Virus record (IMG/VR): IMGVR_UViG_3300042474_001076 | Coordinates: 1-64,000 of that record | Direction: 5' to 3' (one strand) | Source: a virus | Taxonomy: Duplodnaviria > Caudoviricetes | DNA: 64,000 nt | In this document: in pieces, positions 10,319-20,415 of the stretch | Layout: the number at the start of each line of letters is the position of its first letter | Position numbering within the stretch: the first letter of the stretch is position 1 | The notes under the pieces: generated by a model | What the model was told of the DNA's origin: nothing | What the model saw: the letters and a program-made list of their open reading frames with translations, nothing else | Databases searched by the model: none | Program-made: the position numbers and the translations under genes

Positions 10319-11581
10319 ATGGAATTTTTCATTAAAAAGAATGCAACTCTCCCTATATTAAAATTACAGGTTGTAAAAGACGGTAGAAGTGATTATAATT
10401 CTTTCATGGATATGATTGAAGAGTCCTCTATCTTCTTTTCAATGACTAATGTTGAAACCGGGATTCCTAAAATTTCAACAAGTTCGGCTGGATTTGTTGA
10501 GAAAGTACTTTTGGATCCTAATGCGGAACCTGAATATTACATTTATTATCAATTCAAACCACAAGACACAAATAAAACTGCAAGATATGAGGCTCAATTC
10601 TTATTAAGAAATTCTCAAGGAGTTTTAATATTACCAATACGAGAACAATTATTTATTAATGTACAAGAAAGTTTCATTGCGGAAGATTTACCATATGAAA
10701 GTTGTTATTTAATAGAGTTTCCTTGTTGTAATAATGTGTGTCCAACAACAACTACAACAACTACAGAATGTTGTTGTCCTCAAGACACTCCAACATCAAC
10801 ACCAACACCAACTGTCACACCAACACCGGGATTATCACCTACACCTACACCAACACCGGGATTATCACCTACACCTACACCTACACCGGGATTATCACCA
10901 ACACCAACACCAACAAAAACTCCAATACCTCTTCCGTCACCAATAGATGAGTTTTGTTTTAGTGTGTTTATTCAATCACCAACAGTAACTCCAACACCAA
11001 CAATTACACCAACAGGAAGTCCAATTCCTTGTTGTAATACTTGGTATTATTTTGGGGGACCTGTTTCTGGATCTACATTCCAATGGTTAGATTGTTCAGG
11101 AAACACAACAACCTTTAGTGCTTCAACGGGATACGCTTCTACAATATGTGCGTTATCCGTTATAAAATTATCGGGAGATGGTCAAACTTATCTTGAAAGT
11201 ACTTGTACTTGTGGTTCCGCACAACTAACCCCAACCCCGACTCCTACACAAACACAAACTCCAACAACAACTCCAACAACAACTCCAACAACAACACCAA
11301 CAACAACACCAGGATTATCACCAACTCCAACTCCAACAAAAACAAAAACACCAACAACAACAACAACACCAGGATTATCACCAACACCAACACCAACAAA
11401 AACACTTACTCCTACTCCTACCGTAACACCAGGATTATCACCGACACCTACACCAACAAAAACACCTACACCAAATCCTACCGTAACACCAGGATTATCA
11501 CCGACACCAACACCAACACCAACTTGTGGAATTATAACTAATAACACTATTTATATAAAATATAATACTAAATCATGTTAA
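10319..11581 (+). CDS. Putative baseplate-attached fibre protein (BppU-like N-terminus) with PT repeats and a Cys module
   Basis: [13 protein letters not shown]...YQF...DT....YEAQF resembles the BppU N-terminal domain. PTPTPGLS repeats follow. TATTTAT lies at 10298-10304. Confidence 0.55.
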   Translation: MEFFIKKNATLPILKLQVVKDGRSDYNSFMDMIEESSIFFSMTNVETGIPKISTSSAGFVEKVLLDPNAEPEYYIYYQFKPQDTNKTARYEAQFLLRNSQGVLILPIREQLFINVQESFIAEDLPYESCYLIEFPCCNNVCPTTTTTTTECCCPQDTPTSTPTPTVTPTPGLSPTPTPTPGLSPTPTPTPGLSPTPTPTKTPIPLPSPIDEFCFSVFIQSPTVTPTPTITPTGSPIPCCNTWYYFGGPVSGSTFQWLDCSGNTTTFSASTGYASTICALSVIKLSGDGQTYLESTCTCGSAQLTPTPTPTQTQTPTTTPTTTPTTTPTTTPGLSPTPTPTKTKTPTTTTTPGLSPTPTPTKTLTPTPTVTPGLSPTPTPTKTPTPNPTVTPGLSPTPTPTPTCGIITNNTIYIKYNTKSC

Positions 11582-13413
11582 CTGACGAAATAAAAGAAAT
11601 TATCGAAGAACTTTTTAACGCCACACCTAATGATGTGGGCGTTGGTTATGGTACAAAAATAAAAAATGGTGAAATGACTAATGAAGAGTCAATCATATTT
11701 TTTGTACCAAAAAAAATACCGTCACATTTAATTCCTGAAAATGAATTATTACCTGATGTTGAATTTACTTTAAGTGATAGAGTTCTAAAAACCGATGTTA
11801 TTGAGGTGGGTATAATTAAAACTTTTGCTTGTGATCCTAGTTGTTACACTTGGACAAATCCAGGTACACCACCAACAAATCGTCTACAACATAGACCAAT
11901 TAAAGGTGGTATATCAATTACCTCTCAAACTAAACTTGGTTTTGTAGGTACTTTAGGATTTATTGCGGTTGATGTTGCAACTCAAGCTTTGGTTGGTGTA
12001 ACAAATAATCACGTTGTAATTAGGGACGCATCATACACAAGTCAAAGAAACCCATCAGGTCTTATACAAAATGAATATGATATTATTTCAGGTGGGGCGG
12101 TACAACCTGATTCTGCATTTCAAAATGGGGAATCATCTTCACCTGCTCCTGCAGCTATGATTGGTCAAGTTGTTAGGTATGTTCCGATATCCGTGTCGGG
12201 TGGAGTTAACAAAGTTGATGGAGCACTAATTTCAGTTGAATGTAATCCAGTTATCGATATTGCGGAATCTTTCAAACAATTTGGTTTGACTTATAATTCT
12301 CCTTACGTTTTTGCAACAACGACAGAAATTAATAATTTATTAACAACAAATCCAATGTTGTTTAGTAGTGGTAGAACAACAGGAGTTAAACAAGGAATAC
12401 CTTGTCCACTAAGAACTTTCACGTTGGGTTTTGCTGGTGGTGTCAGTGGATATAATATCCAAGGAACATCAACCACAATTCCATTCACGGATATAATTAT
12501 GTTTGTAAGACCCGAAAACGACCCTAACTTAGCAACCGTTTGTAACTACCCTATTTTTGCTGGTGATTCTGGATCTGCATTGGTTGCAGATTTTAGTGGT
12601 ACATCAAAAATTGTTGGACTAGTGTTTGCTGGTTCTGAATATTATGGGTTTGCTTGTAGAATTGACCACGTAGCAAGTGAACTTGGTATTCAATCTTGGG
12701 ATGGAACAACTAAACCATACGTTGATTCAACCACAATATCCTATATTACAGTGCCAGGGTTTAATAGTGTTAAAACACAAGTTTCGGGGGGTGACACATA
12801 TTGGCAAGTAGGCGCTTATAATTTAACAGTACCATGTGATATTAGTCCAACACCTACTGGTACACTTACACCCACACCTACCCCAACCACACCTTGTTGT
12901 AAAACTTGGGCTTATTATGGTGGTCCGTTTGGTACTGGTTCAACAATTTCTTATGTTAGTTGTGAAGGTGTAACAATTTTATTACCCGTTCCCACCTTCC
13001 AAACTGGTACCATATGTGCAATAAGTGCAAGTGTTATTTCTGGATCGGGTTCTGTTTATACTGAAGATTCATCATGTGATTGTATTCCAATTCCAACACC
13101 AACACCAACTGTCACACCAACACCGGGATTATCACCAACCGCAACACCAACCGTAACACCAAGCGAAACTCCGAGACCAACCGAAACTCCAACAACAACA
13201 CCAACACCAACAATAACAACAACACCAGGATTATCACCATCAACAACACCAACCAAAACACCGACACCAACAGTAACTAAAACTAAAACTCCTACTCCAA
13301 CGGTAACTAAAACTCCAACACCTACACCAACTAAAACACCTACACCAACACCTGTTAACGCAGCTGTTGGTCCATTTACGTCATTTGTGACATTTGAATC
13401 ATATAATTGCTAA
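11575..13413 (+). CDS. Nal1-like trypsin-fold serine protease with Cys module and PT tail
   Basis: GTLG...TNNHV (His), VDGAL (Asp), SGRTTG and GDSGS (Ser). The N-terminus has a VGVGYG.K..G...I.F.V.KK prodomain. Confidence 0.8.
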   Translation: MLTDEIKEIIEELFNATPNDVGVGYGTKIKNGEMTNEESIIFFVPKKIPSHLIPENELLPDVEFTLSDRVLKTDVIEVGIIKTFACDPSCYTWTNPGTPPTNRLQHRPIKGGISITSQTKLGFVGTLGFIAVDVATQALVGVTNNHVVIRDASYTSQRNPSGLIQNEYDIISGGAVQPDSAFQNGESSSPAPAAMIGQVVRYVPISVSGGVNKVDGALISVECNPVIDIAESFKQFGLTYNSPYVFATTTEINNLLTTNPMLFSSGRTTGVKQGIPCPLRTFTLGFAGGVSGYNIQGTSTTIPFTDIIMFVRPENDPNLATVCNYPIFAGDSGSALVADFSGTSKIVGLVFAGSEYYGFACRIDHVASELGIQSWDGTTKPYVDSTTISYITVPGFNSVKTQVSGGDTYWQVGAYNLTVPCDISPTPTGTLTPTPTPTTPCCKTWAYYGGPFGTGSTISYVSCEGVTILLPVPTFQTGTICAISASVISGSGSVYTEDSSCDCIPIPTPTPTVTPTPGLSPTATPTVTPSETPRPTETPTTTPTPTITTTPGLSPSTTPTKTPTPTVTKTKTPTPTVTKTPTPTPTKTPTPTPVNAAVGPFTSFVTFESYNC

Positions 13414-13424
13414 TAATAAAAAAA

Positions 13425-15353
13425 ATGATAACAGAAGAAATAAATAAAAAATTAAAAGAATGGAGTGATAATACACCATCTGATGTTGGTGTTGGTTATG
13501 GGTTTAAACAAACTAACGGTATTTATACTGGTGAAGTTTGTATTGTTTTTTCGGTGAAAGAAAAAAAACCGTTAAGTAATTTATCCGATAATGAAATTTT
13601 ACCATCAGAAATAAAAATAAGTGAAAATAAAACACTTAATACTGATGTAATACAAGTTGGTGAAATTTATACTTTACAATGTAGTAGAACAACACCTATC
13701 ACTAACTCACCTCCGCTTTGTGAGCCTTTTGTATTAACACCACCAACAAATAGATCTGCATTTGCAACATTGAGAGGTGGTATATCTATAACTTCGGTAA
13801 GAAAAGGTAATTCTGTTGGTACTTTAGGTATGATTGTGCAAGACATACACACGAACGCTTTAGTTGGTTTAACAAATAATCACGTTGTAATTGGAAACTC
13901 TATAAAGGCTCAATATCAAAATTTAAATCCTGTATTGGGAAATAATTTCCCAATAACTAACGAAATAAATCCAGATAATGACGTTTGCCAACCTGGGGAA
14001 TTTGGGTTTCAAACAGGTAGTAAATTTGGTCAAGTTGTTAGATATGTACCAATTTCACCCTATCAAACTTTACCACCAAGTAGCGGATGGATAGCATCTC
14101 CATTAGGATTACCAAAAAATAATGTAGATGCCGCATTAGTTAGTATTAATTGTAATGAAATTGATTTTAATCAATCTTTTAAATTTTCGGGGTTTGAAGC
14201 TTTAATGCCTAATCCATTACCTTTTGCAACAACCGCTGAAATTAATAACTTATTGGTAACAAACCCACAATTATATAGTACTGGTAGATCAACCGGACCA
14301 AAGGGTTTAGGAACACCGGGATGTGAATTAAGGATTAGTCAGATAAATGTTGCAACTGCTGTTGGACCTTATAGTTGGCATTTAGCTGCTGGCGGTCAAC
14401 AATATAGTACAGCTGCAGATTTTAACCCAAGATTAATAGCATTTTTTAAACCAAGCGGTATACCTGCTCAACCACACTGTTTATGGCCATGTGCCGGTGG
14501 TGATTCAGGATCAATGTTAATTGCTAATTTTGGTACCCAACCATCACCAAACTTTAAAGTAATAGGTTTAGTATTTGCCGGTAATAGCTGCCCATCTTAT
14601 CCCACTGCTACTGGAGCCAACAATGTTTTTAACACTAATTACGCCATAACTCCTCCACCAATAGGATGTGGTTTACCAAATTCATACAACAATTGGTTAG
14701 GTTATGCTTGTAGAATTGATGACGTTGCAAATGAGTTAGGAATTAAAGCTTGGACAGGTGGGACAGCTCCATTAGTAAATCCAAACCTAAATTTAATTAC
14801 TTTACCGGGATTAAACCCAATCACAGCAACAACCTGTTTAAATGAATATTATTACCAAGTAGGTACCACAATGACCCAATCCGTATGTAGCGCACCACCA
14901 AGTCTTATTTTAACAAGTCCTCAGTTCTTAAATGGTCAAACATTAGCTCAGTCGGTAAGACATCCAATCTGTCCTCCAGGTCAAAATTATAGTGTTGGAT
15001 TAGATTGGTTTATAAATAACTTAAACACAAATGATGTTATCAGTTATAGTTTATTAATGGAAGATATTAACGCACCTGGATCAAGTCCTAGTGGATATTT
15101 TGTTCATTGGAAAGTAATAAATATCCCACCAACTCAAACATCAATTAATTTATGGACATCAGGACTCTCAGGATGGCAAGCAGGTGCGTCTATACAACAA
15201 ACAGATTGGTTCCCAAATGCGGTTAATCCAAATGGTTATGGTGGAACTTGTCCTCCAAATCATACATACAGAATATCTATTACGGCATTTATAACACCTG
15301 CAGCTGGTGGTGGTACGATAACAAGTAATTTACTTACATTTATTAGTAGTTAA
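13425..15353 (+). CDS. Nal1-like serine protease fused to a C-terminal PEBP (YbhB/YbcL) domain
   Basis: TNNHV/VDAAL/GDSGS triad. The C-terminus reads LTSPQF..G...NYS..LDW...SLLMEDINAP...FVHW.V.NIP...GYGG.CPP.H.Y. ATG at 13425 is preferred over TTG at 13407. Confidence 0.75.
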   Translation: MITEEINKKLKEWSDNTPSDVGVGYGFKQTNGIYTGEVCIVFSVKEKKPLSNLSDNEILPSEIKISENKTLNTDVIQVGEIYTLQCSRTTPITNSPPLCEPFVLTPPTNRSAFATLRGGISITSVRKGNSVGTLGMIVQDIHTNALVGLTNNHVVIGNSIKAQYQNLNPVLGNNFPITNEINPDNDVCQPGEFGFQTGSKFGQVVRYVPISPYQTLPPSSGWIASPLGLPKNNVDAALVSINCNEIDFNQSFKFSGFEALMPNPLPFATTAEINNLLVTNPQLYSTGRSTGPKGLGTPGCELRISQINVATAVGPYSWHLAAGGQQYSTAADFNPRLIAFFKPSGIPAQPHCLWPCAGGDSGSMLIANFGTQPSPNFKVIGLVFAGNSCPSYPTATGANNVFNTNYAITPPPIGCGLPNSYNNWLGYACRIDDVANELGIKAWTGGTAPLVNPNLNLITLPGLNPITATTCLNEYYYQVGTTMTQSVCSAPPSLILTSPQFLNGQTLAQSVRHPICPPGQNYSVGLDWFINNLNTNDVISYSLLMEDINAPGSSPSGYFVHWKVINIPPTQTSINLWTSGLSGWQAGASIQQTDWFPNAVNPNGYGGTCPPNHTYRISITAFITPAAGGGTITSNLLTFISS

Positions 15354-15383
15354 AATTAAAGAAAAAAAAACAAACATTAAAAA

Positions 15384-18300
15384 ATGAATTATGATTTTAA
15401 TTTTATTGGTTTTTATAACTCAAAACCTTCTTGGGTTGGGTATGATAACACAACTCCATTAACAATTAGATGGAATAATCTTGGTTATTGGGAAATGATC
15501 GGTTGGGAGGGTATCTTCTGTGGACAACCAAGATCAACAGATAGTGACTCTTTTCCTGATACAGGATGGTTTATTTATGATCCAACTGATAGTTGTTCAG
15601 ATGCGTCTTTTGATGTAACAATTGGTGAATGTCCATTACCGGGAGTCGCAGTATTTCAATCTTGTTGTGACCCTAGTATATATATACGAATAGATAATAT
15701 CCCAAGTACTTTTTTTCCTATAACCACTAATTCATATTATTTATCTTCATTATTATTTAATGGGTGTATAACTAACGTTTCTCCATCCACGCCAGCATCA
15801 ACTCTAATATCATATACTGATGATTTGGCAACCTTAATAGAACAATTGGGTGATTGTTCCGTATGTTTATTAGAAGAACCTTGTCCAACACCAACCCCTA
15901 CAGTAACACCAACTATGACAGTAACACCGGGACTACCTCCAACACAAACACCAACACAAACTTCAGGGTTATTACCAACACCAACACCCGTTTGTCCGAT
16001 ATGTGCAACGGTTAGTGCTTTACCTGGTTTAGGATCTTCAACAACAATTAATGGTGTTACAGTAACCGCCTCAGGTTTTGGTGATATTCTAACAGATCCA
16101 GGGGGTAGTTTTGCTTGGTGCATGATACCACTCGGATCAGCAACTAATACCGCATTTTTAGGGTCCGCATCATTTTTATCATCGCCATTTACTTATATTT
16201 TAAATTTTAGTTCACCGGTTAATAATTTAGTAATAAGATTAATTAATTATAGTTCACCACCAGGTTTCGGATCTGAATCATTTACGTTTACCACAAATAG
16301 TGGTAACCCTGTTTTATCTTCTTGTGATTATTGTTGTGCTACAATTATTGGAAATGTTGTTACATCAATTTTTTGTCCGATTTTACCAGGAACTAATGAT
16401 GGTGGCGGTACGTTCACAATTTCAAATATATCTACATTTACCACTTTAACCATAACAGGACCAGGTGGTTATGGTGGTACCATTGTTGACATATGTTCAG
16501 ATTCGGTTCAACCACCCGTATCACCAACACCAACACCAACTGTTACACCAACATCAGGATTATTACCATCACCAACACCAACAAATACTCCAGAACCAAT
16601 TGATGCGAACTGTTTACCTTTAATAATGACAAGGTTAGATACATCTTCTCCGGCTTCTGTCGGTTTATATTCTTATAATCCAACATCAAATATAACAACA
16701 TTACTAAATTTACCCAATTCTTTAAATGTATTAGGTCAATCTATGACAAATACATCAACAAAATTATGGATATGTCAAGACGCTTCTCAAGGAATAAGAG
16801 AATGGGATATTACGTTAAGTCCTTGGAATGCAGTTTGGTCTAGGGACATTGCATCTCCAAGTGCTATTCCAGGGTTAGGTTGGTTGGCAGGTGCATTATG
16901 TGTATATAGGGATCCAATAACAAATATAGTCAACCCTAACTTATTAGTATCCATGGGATTTAGTAGTACAGGTTTTGACATTGTTTTAGTGGACATTAGC
17001 GGAACTGTTTGGTCTAAAACTTCATTATTTCAATTAAGTACTTTATCAGCTAATAGACAAATTACTGAAGTTGTTATGAACAACAACGGTAAAATGATTA
17101 CAATAGGACTTGACACATCAACATTACAAAAATACGTTACTCAATTTCAATATATTGCAGGTTCTTGGCAGGTACAACTCGACATTCTAATTTCAATAAC
17201 AACTACTATACAATCATTTTTCCAATGGAATAATTTATTTTATATAGGAGGATTTCCTGGTAATGAACTTTGGTCAATATCAAATGTATCTCCGTATACA
17301 ACTTCATTACTTGGAAACTTTTTGCAGAGTAGGTCTTTTGATTCAGGGCAAAGTCCTGAATGTATTGATTTGGAGTTTATACCTCCATATGTTACACCAA
17401 CACCAACTGTAACACCAACTGTTACCCCAACAGATCCTCCACCAACACCAACACCAACACCTCCACCATTACCTTGTGATTGTGATCAAGAAACTCTTTT
17501 ACCTGCAATAGGCAATAGTATTATGTATTCAAATGGTCTTACAATTTCCGCAACTGGTACAGGATCTGTTGCAATTTATCCATCTCCATCTTGTTCGGAA
17601 ATTTATTGTGGTTTTTGTGCGATCCAAAATTCGATTTACATTGGTGGGAGTGGTCCATTCACATATACATTAAATTTTAGTTATCCAGTTAATGATTTTA
17701 AAATTTTTTTAGTTGGATATAATGTTGGAGAATCTTTTACTTTAACAACTAACACAGGGAGTAATACTCCCAATATTAATTTATGTTCAGGATGTTGTGT
17801 TTCAATTTCAGGAAATGTAATTACCGCCTCTAATATAAATAGTGATTGTGATGGCGGGGTAGTAGGTTCAGGTCTATTCAACATAAACAACTCACTTCCT
17901 TTTACATCTTTAACAATATCAGGACCAGGTGGTGGATCTGGTTCAGTATTAACATTTTGTGATTCCGTACCAGAAAATATTATTTGTTTAGAAAGATGTA
18001 ATGTTTTATTTGTTGCATTAGATGCGAGTAATGTTAGTTTGGATGTTTATTCTTATGATATTACAACTAATATCCCAATTTTTTTAACACCATTTTTTAG
18101 TGGGTCATATCCATCACTTTCAATTTATGGAATTGCACACACATCTAATAAAATCTTTTTACAAACTGTTGTTTCTATACCTGGAGGGACCCAATGGGTT
18201 ATTTATGAGTACGACTACCAACCATGTCCTTTTAGTGCAACATTTAATAGAATTATAACAATTCCACTTCCTATTGTTATGGGTAGCGGATTGACGGCAA

Positions 18301-20321
18301 AAAGTAATTCCACATTAATTGGTAGTATTACTGTTAGTTCAACGATTACAGAAATAGTAGAATTTGATATTACGACAACAACAGCATCATTATTAACTTT
18401 AATTACATTACCTCCAAATGTTCAAGTTTTTGAGGATTTAATGTTTACAACAACATCTCCAAGTAAACTATTAGTTAATGTAGGTATGGGTTTTGGTGGT
18501 TTTTTTGGGATAAATCAGTATGACTATACTACTTTATCATTGGATGTTTATGTTCCTTTTAATCCTTTTACTATATTTAACACTTATGGTTTATTTACTG
18601 ATAATAGTCAGATATATTTTACCGGAGACGGTCAAAACCCTATTGGTCCATTATGGAACATTAACCAATCTCCTCCATACCCATTTACTTTAGTTCAAAA
18701 TTGTGGGCTTAGAGTATATAACGCCTCAAGCATTCCAGAATGTAACGATTCATTGTTATATCTTAGTGGATCGACACCAACTCCAACACCAACACCAACG
18801 GTTACTCCAACTGTTACCCCAACAGATCCTCCTCCGACACCAACACCGACACCAACACCAAATTGTCCTGACTGTGAAGAATTTGCAAACTTACCATTTA
18901 TTTATGAATTTTTAAATAATCCCGGAGGATCGGTTACTACGGCATCGTTAACATATTCTAGTGGTATGGTAATAACTTCAACAGGATTTGGTAATTGGCC
19001 AGCATATGCAGGTGTTTATACTTGTTCCCCTTCTTTTAACATATCTAGTCCGGTATTTGGATTAGGTGCTCAACCAAGTACTCAGTGGCCAATTCCACCT
19101 CCCGCAATAGTAACATATTCATATACAATGACATTTAGTATTCCTGTTACCACTGTCACTTTAAGAATTTCCTATATTAGAACATCTGGAAATCCCCCAT
19201 ATACTGCTCTTAGTACTGCAATGACTTTTACCACTAATATTGGAAATCCACTTATCACATCATGTGATCACTGTTGTTCAACTATATCTGGAAATGTAAT
19301 TCTTGGTGGAACTGGTGGTAGTGATTGTTTTACTTTTATAACAACAACAGGTTTAGGTGCGGGAGTATTTACCTTTAGTAACTCATTACCATTTACATCG
19401 TTAACTGTTATAGGAAATAAAATACGAGCTTCACAAACTTTAGAAATTTGTGGGATTGGTTATGTTATTGATCCGACAACACCAACACCAACACCAACAA
19501 ATACTGTAACACCAACAAAAACTCCAACAAATACACCAACTCCAACAAATACACCAACAAATACACCAACAGGAACTAACCCACCACCAACGCCAACTCC
19601 AACTCCAACAAATCCACCCCCACCAACCACAACACCAACACCAACACCAACAATAACTATAACTCCCACACAAACAAAAACACCTACCCCAACAAAAACT
19701 GTAACTCCAACAAAAACACCAACACCTACTCCAACACCAGTATTTGTAACATATTTAGTTCTTGATTGTTGTACTAAGTCAATATTTAGATACGTTAATT
19801 TACCATCAACATTTACACCTGGAAATGTGATTATTGGTACCGATTTACAATGTTATGAGGTAATTACATTACAAATAGGAGCAATAAGTTTAATATGGAA
19901 TAATACCACATCCGTAAACTGTGATACTTGTATATCAACCTACCTTTGTGTAACCCCAACACCAACCCCAACAAAAACTAAGACTCCAACCCCAACGGTA
20001 ACTAAAACTCCAACATTGACACCGACTAAAACAACAACTCCAACGGTAACCCCAACTAAAACGGTAACCCCAACCTTAACAAAAACCCCAACCCCAACCT
20101 TAACAAAAACCCCAACCCCAACTCCGAGTTGTTTTTACTATAGGATTAATAATACTAATGCGACAAAAGAAGTTTCTATAACATTTACACCGTGTTGTAT
20201 TACCGAGATTTCACCTCTGATTATCGGTCCAAGTGGAGTAGCAACTATTTGTTCATCTACAGCACCTTCACTTCCCGCTGGTGTGACATCAATTTTATTG
20301 GGTCCTTGTCCAACTTGTTAA
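15384..20321 (+). CDS. 1645-aa modular Cys-rich protein with PT linkers (putative fibre or adhesin)
   Basis: Three copies of a beta-rich module (YTLNFS.PV...TTN.GNP...CC..I.GNV...FTSLT), two propeller-like regions and CC-modules, all separated by PT tracts. Confidence 0.6.
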   Translation: MNYDFNFIGFYNSKPSWVGYDNTTPLTIRWNNLGYWEMIGWEGIFCGQPRSTDSDSFPDTGWFIYDPTDSCSDASFDVTIGECPLPGVAVFQSCCDPSIYIRIDNIPSTFFPITTNSYYLSSLLFNGCITNVSPSTPASTLISYTDDLATLIEQLGDCSVCLLEEPCPTPTPTVTPTMTVTPGLPPTQTPTQTSGLLPTPTPVCPICATVSALPGLGSSTTINGVTVTASGFGDILTDPGGSFAWCMIPLGSATNTAFLGSASFLSSPFTYILNFSSPVNNLVIRLINYSSPPGFGSESFTFTTNSGNPVLSSCDYCCATIIGNVVTSIFCPILPGTNDGGGTFTISNISTFTTLTITGPGGYGGTIVDICSDSVQPPVSPTPTPTVTPTSGLLPSPTPTNTPEPIDANCLPLIMTRLDTSSPASVGLYSYNPTSNITTLLNLPNSLNVLGQSMTNTSTKLWICQDASQGIREWDITLSPWNAVWSRDIASPSAIPGLGWLAGALCVYRDPITNIVNPNLLVSMGFSSTGFDIVLVDISGTVWSKTSLFQLSTLSANRQITEVVMNNNGKMITIGLDTSTLQKYVTQFQYIAGSWQVQLDILISITTTIQSFFQWNNLFYIGGFPGNELWSISNVSPYTTSLLGNFLQSRSFDSGQSPECIDLEFIPPYVTPTPTVTPTVTPTDPPPTPTPTPPPLPCDCDQETLLPAIGNSIMYSNGLTISATGTGSVAIYPSPSCSEIYCGFCAIQNSIYIGGSGPFTYTLNFSYPVNDFKIFLVGYNVGESFTLTTNTGSNTPNINLCSGCCVSISGNVITASNINSDCDGGVVGSGLFNINNSLPFTSLTISGPGGGSGSVLTFCDSVPENIICLERCNVLFVALDASNVSLDVYSYDITTNIPIFLTPFFSGSYPSLSIYGIAHTSNKIFLQTVVSIPGGTQWVIYEYDYQPCPFSATFNRIITIPLPIVMGSGLTAKSNSTLIGSITVSSTITEIVEFDITTTTASLLTLITLPPNVQVFEDLMFTTTSPSKLLVNVGMGFGGFFGINQYDYTTLSLDVYVPFNPFTIFNTYGLFTDNSQIYFTGDGQNPIGPLWNINQSPPYPFTLVQNCGLRVYNASSIPECNDSLLYLSGSTPTPTPTPTVTPTVTPTDPPPTPTPTPTPNCPDCEEFANLPFIYEFLNNPGGSVTTASLTYSSGMVITSTGFGNWPAYAGVYTCSPSFNISSPVFGLGAQPSTQWPIPPPAIVTYSYTMTFSIPVTTVTLRISYIRTSGNPPYTALSTAMTFTTNIGNPLITSCDHCCSTISGNVILGGTGGSDCFTFITTTGLGAGVFTFSNSLPFTSLTVIGNKIRASQTLEICGIGYVIDPTTPTPTPTNTVTPTKTPTNTPTPTNTPTNTPTGTNPPPTPTPTPTNPPPPTTTPTPTPTITITPTQTKTPTPTKTVTPTKTPTPTPTPVFVTYLVLDCCTKSIFRYVNLPSTFTPGNVIIGTDLQCYEVITLQIGAISLIWNNTTSVNCDTCISTYLCVTPTPTPTKTKTPTPTVTKTPTLTPTKTTTPTVTPTKTVTPTLTKTPTPTLTKTPTPTPSCFYYRINNTNATKEVSITFTPCCITEISPLIIGPSGVATICSSTAPSLPAGVTSILLGPCPTC

Positions 20322-20327
20322 AAATAA

Positions 20328-20359
20328 TTTGACACATAATTATTTTTTTCATATCTTTG
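20328..20359 (+). promoter_or_regulatory. Host-type early/middle promoter of the DNA polymerase
   Basis: TTGACA-N17-TATCTT, which also fits the Bacteroidota consensus TTTG-N20-TATCTTTG. Confidence 0.65.
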
Positions 20360-20415
20360 TTTAACAAAGGTGAATGTCGTTATACACGGCAGCCAATATA
20401 CCAAATTTAAAACAT

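Noticed and set aside
3341-19673. Antisense and alternate-frame ORFs rich in GV, NT, HQ or CW (e.g. 3341-3664, 10738-10950, 11188-11547, 19440-19673)
   Set aside because: These are shadow frames of the PT-coding repeats, which lack stops by composition. They have no independent expression signals.
3430-20126. Tandem ACACCA-type repeats as a possible CRISPR array or telomere-like repeat
   Set aside because: There is no constant repeat with unique spacers. The units are in-frame and vary at third codon positions.
1-20321. Eukaryotic or giant-virus (NCLDV) origin suggested by mucin-like proteins, GT60 and eukaryote-like RNR
   Set aside because: The island is contiguous with sheath, tube, baseplate, neck and gp32-like genes and shares their TATTTAT motif, which indicates a tailed phage. 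A chimeric assembly cannot be excluded without reads.
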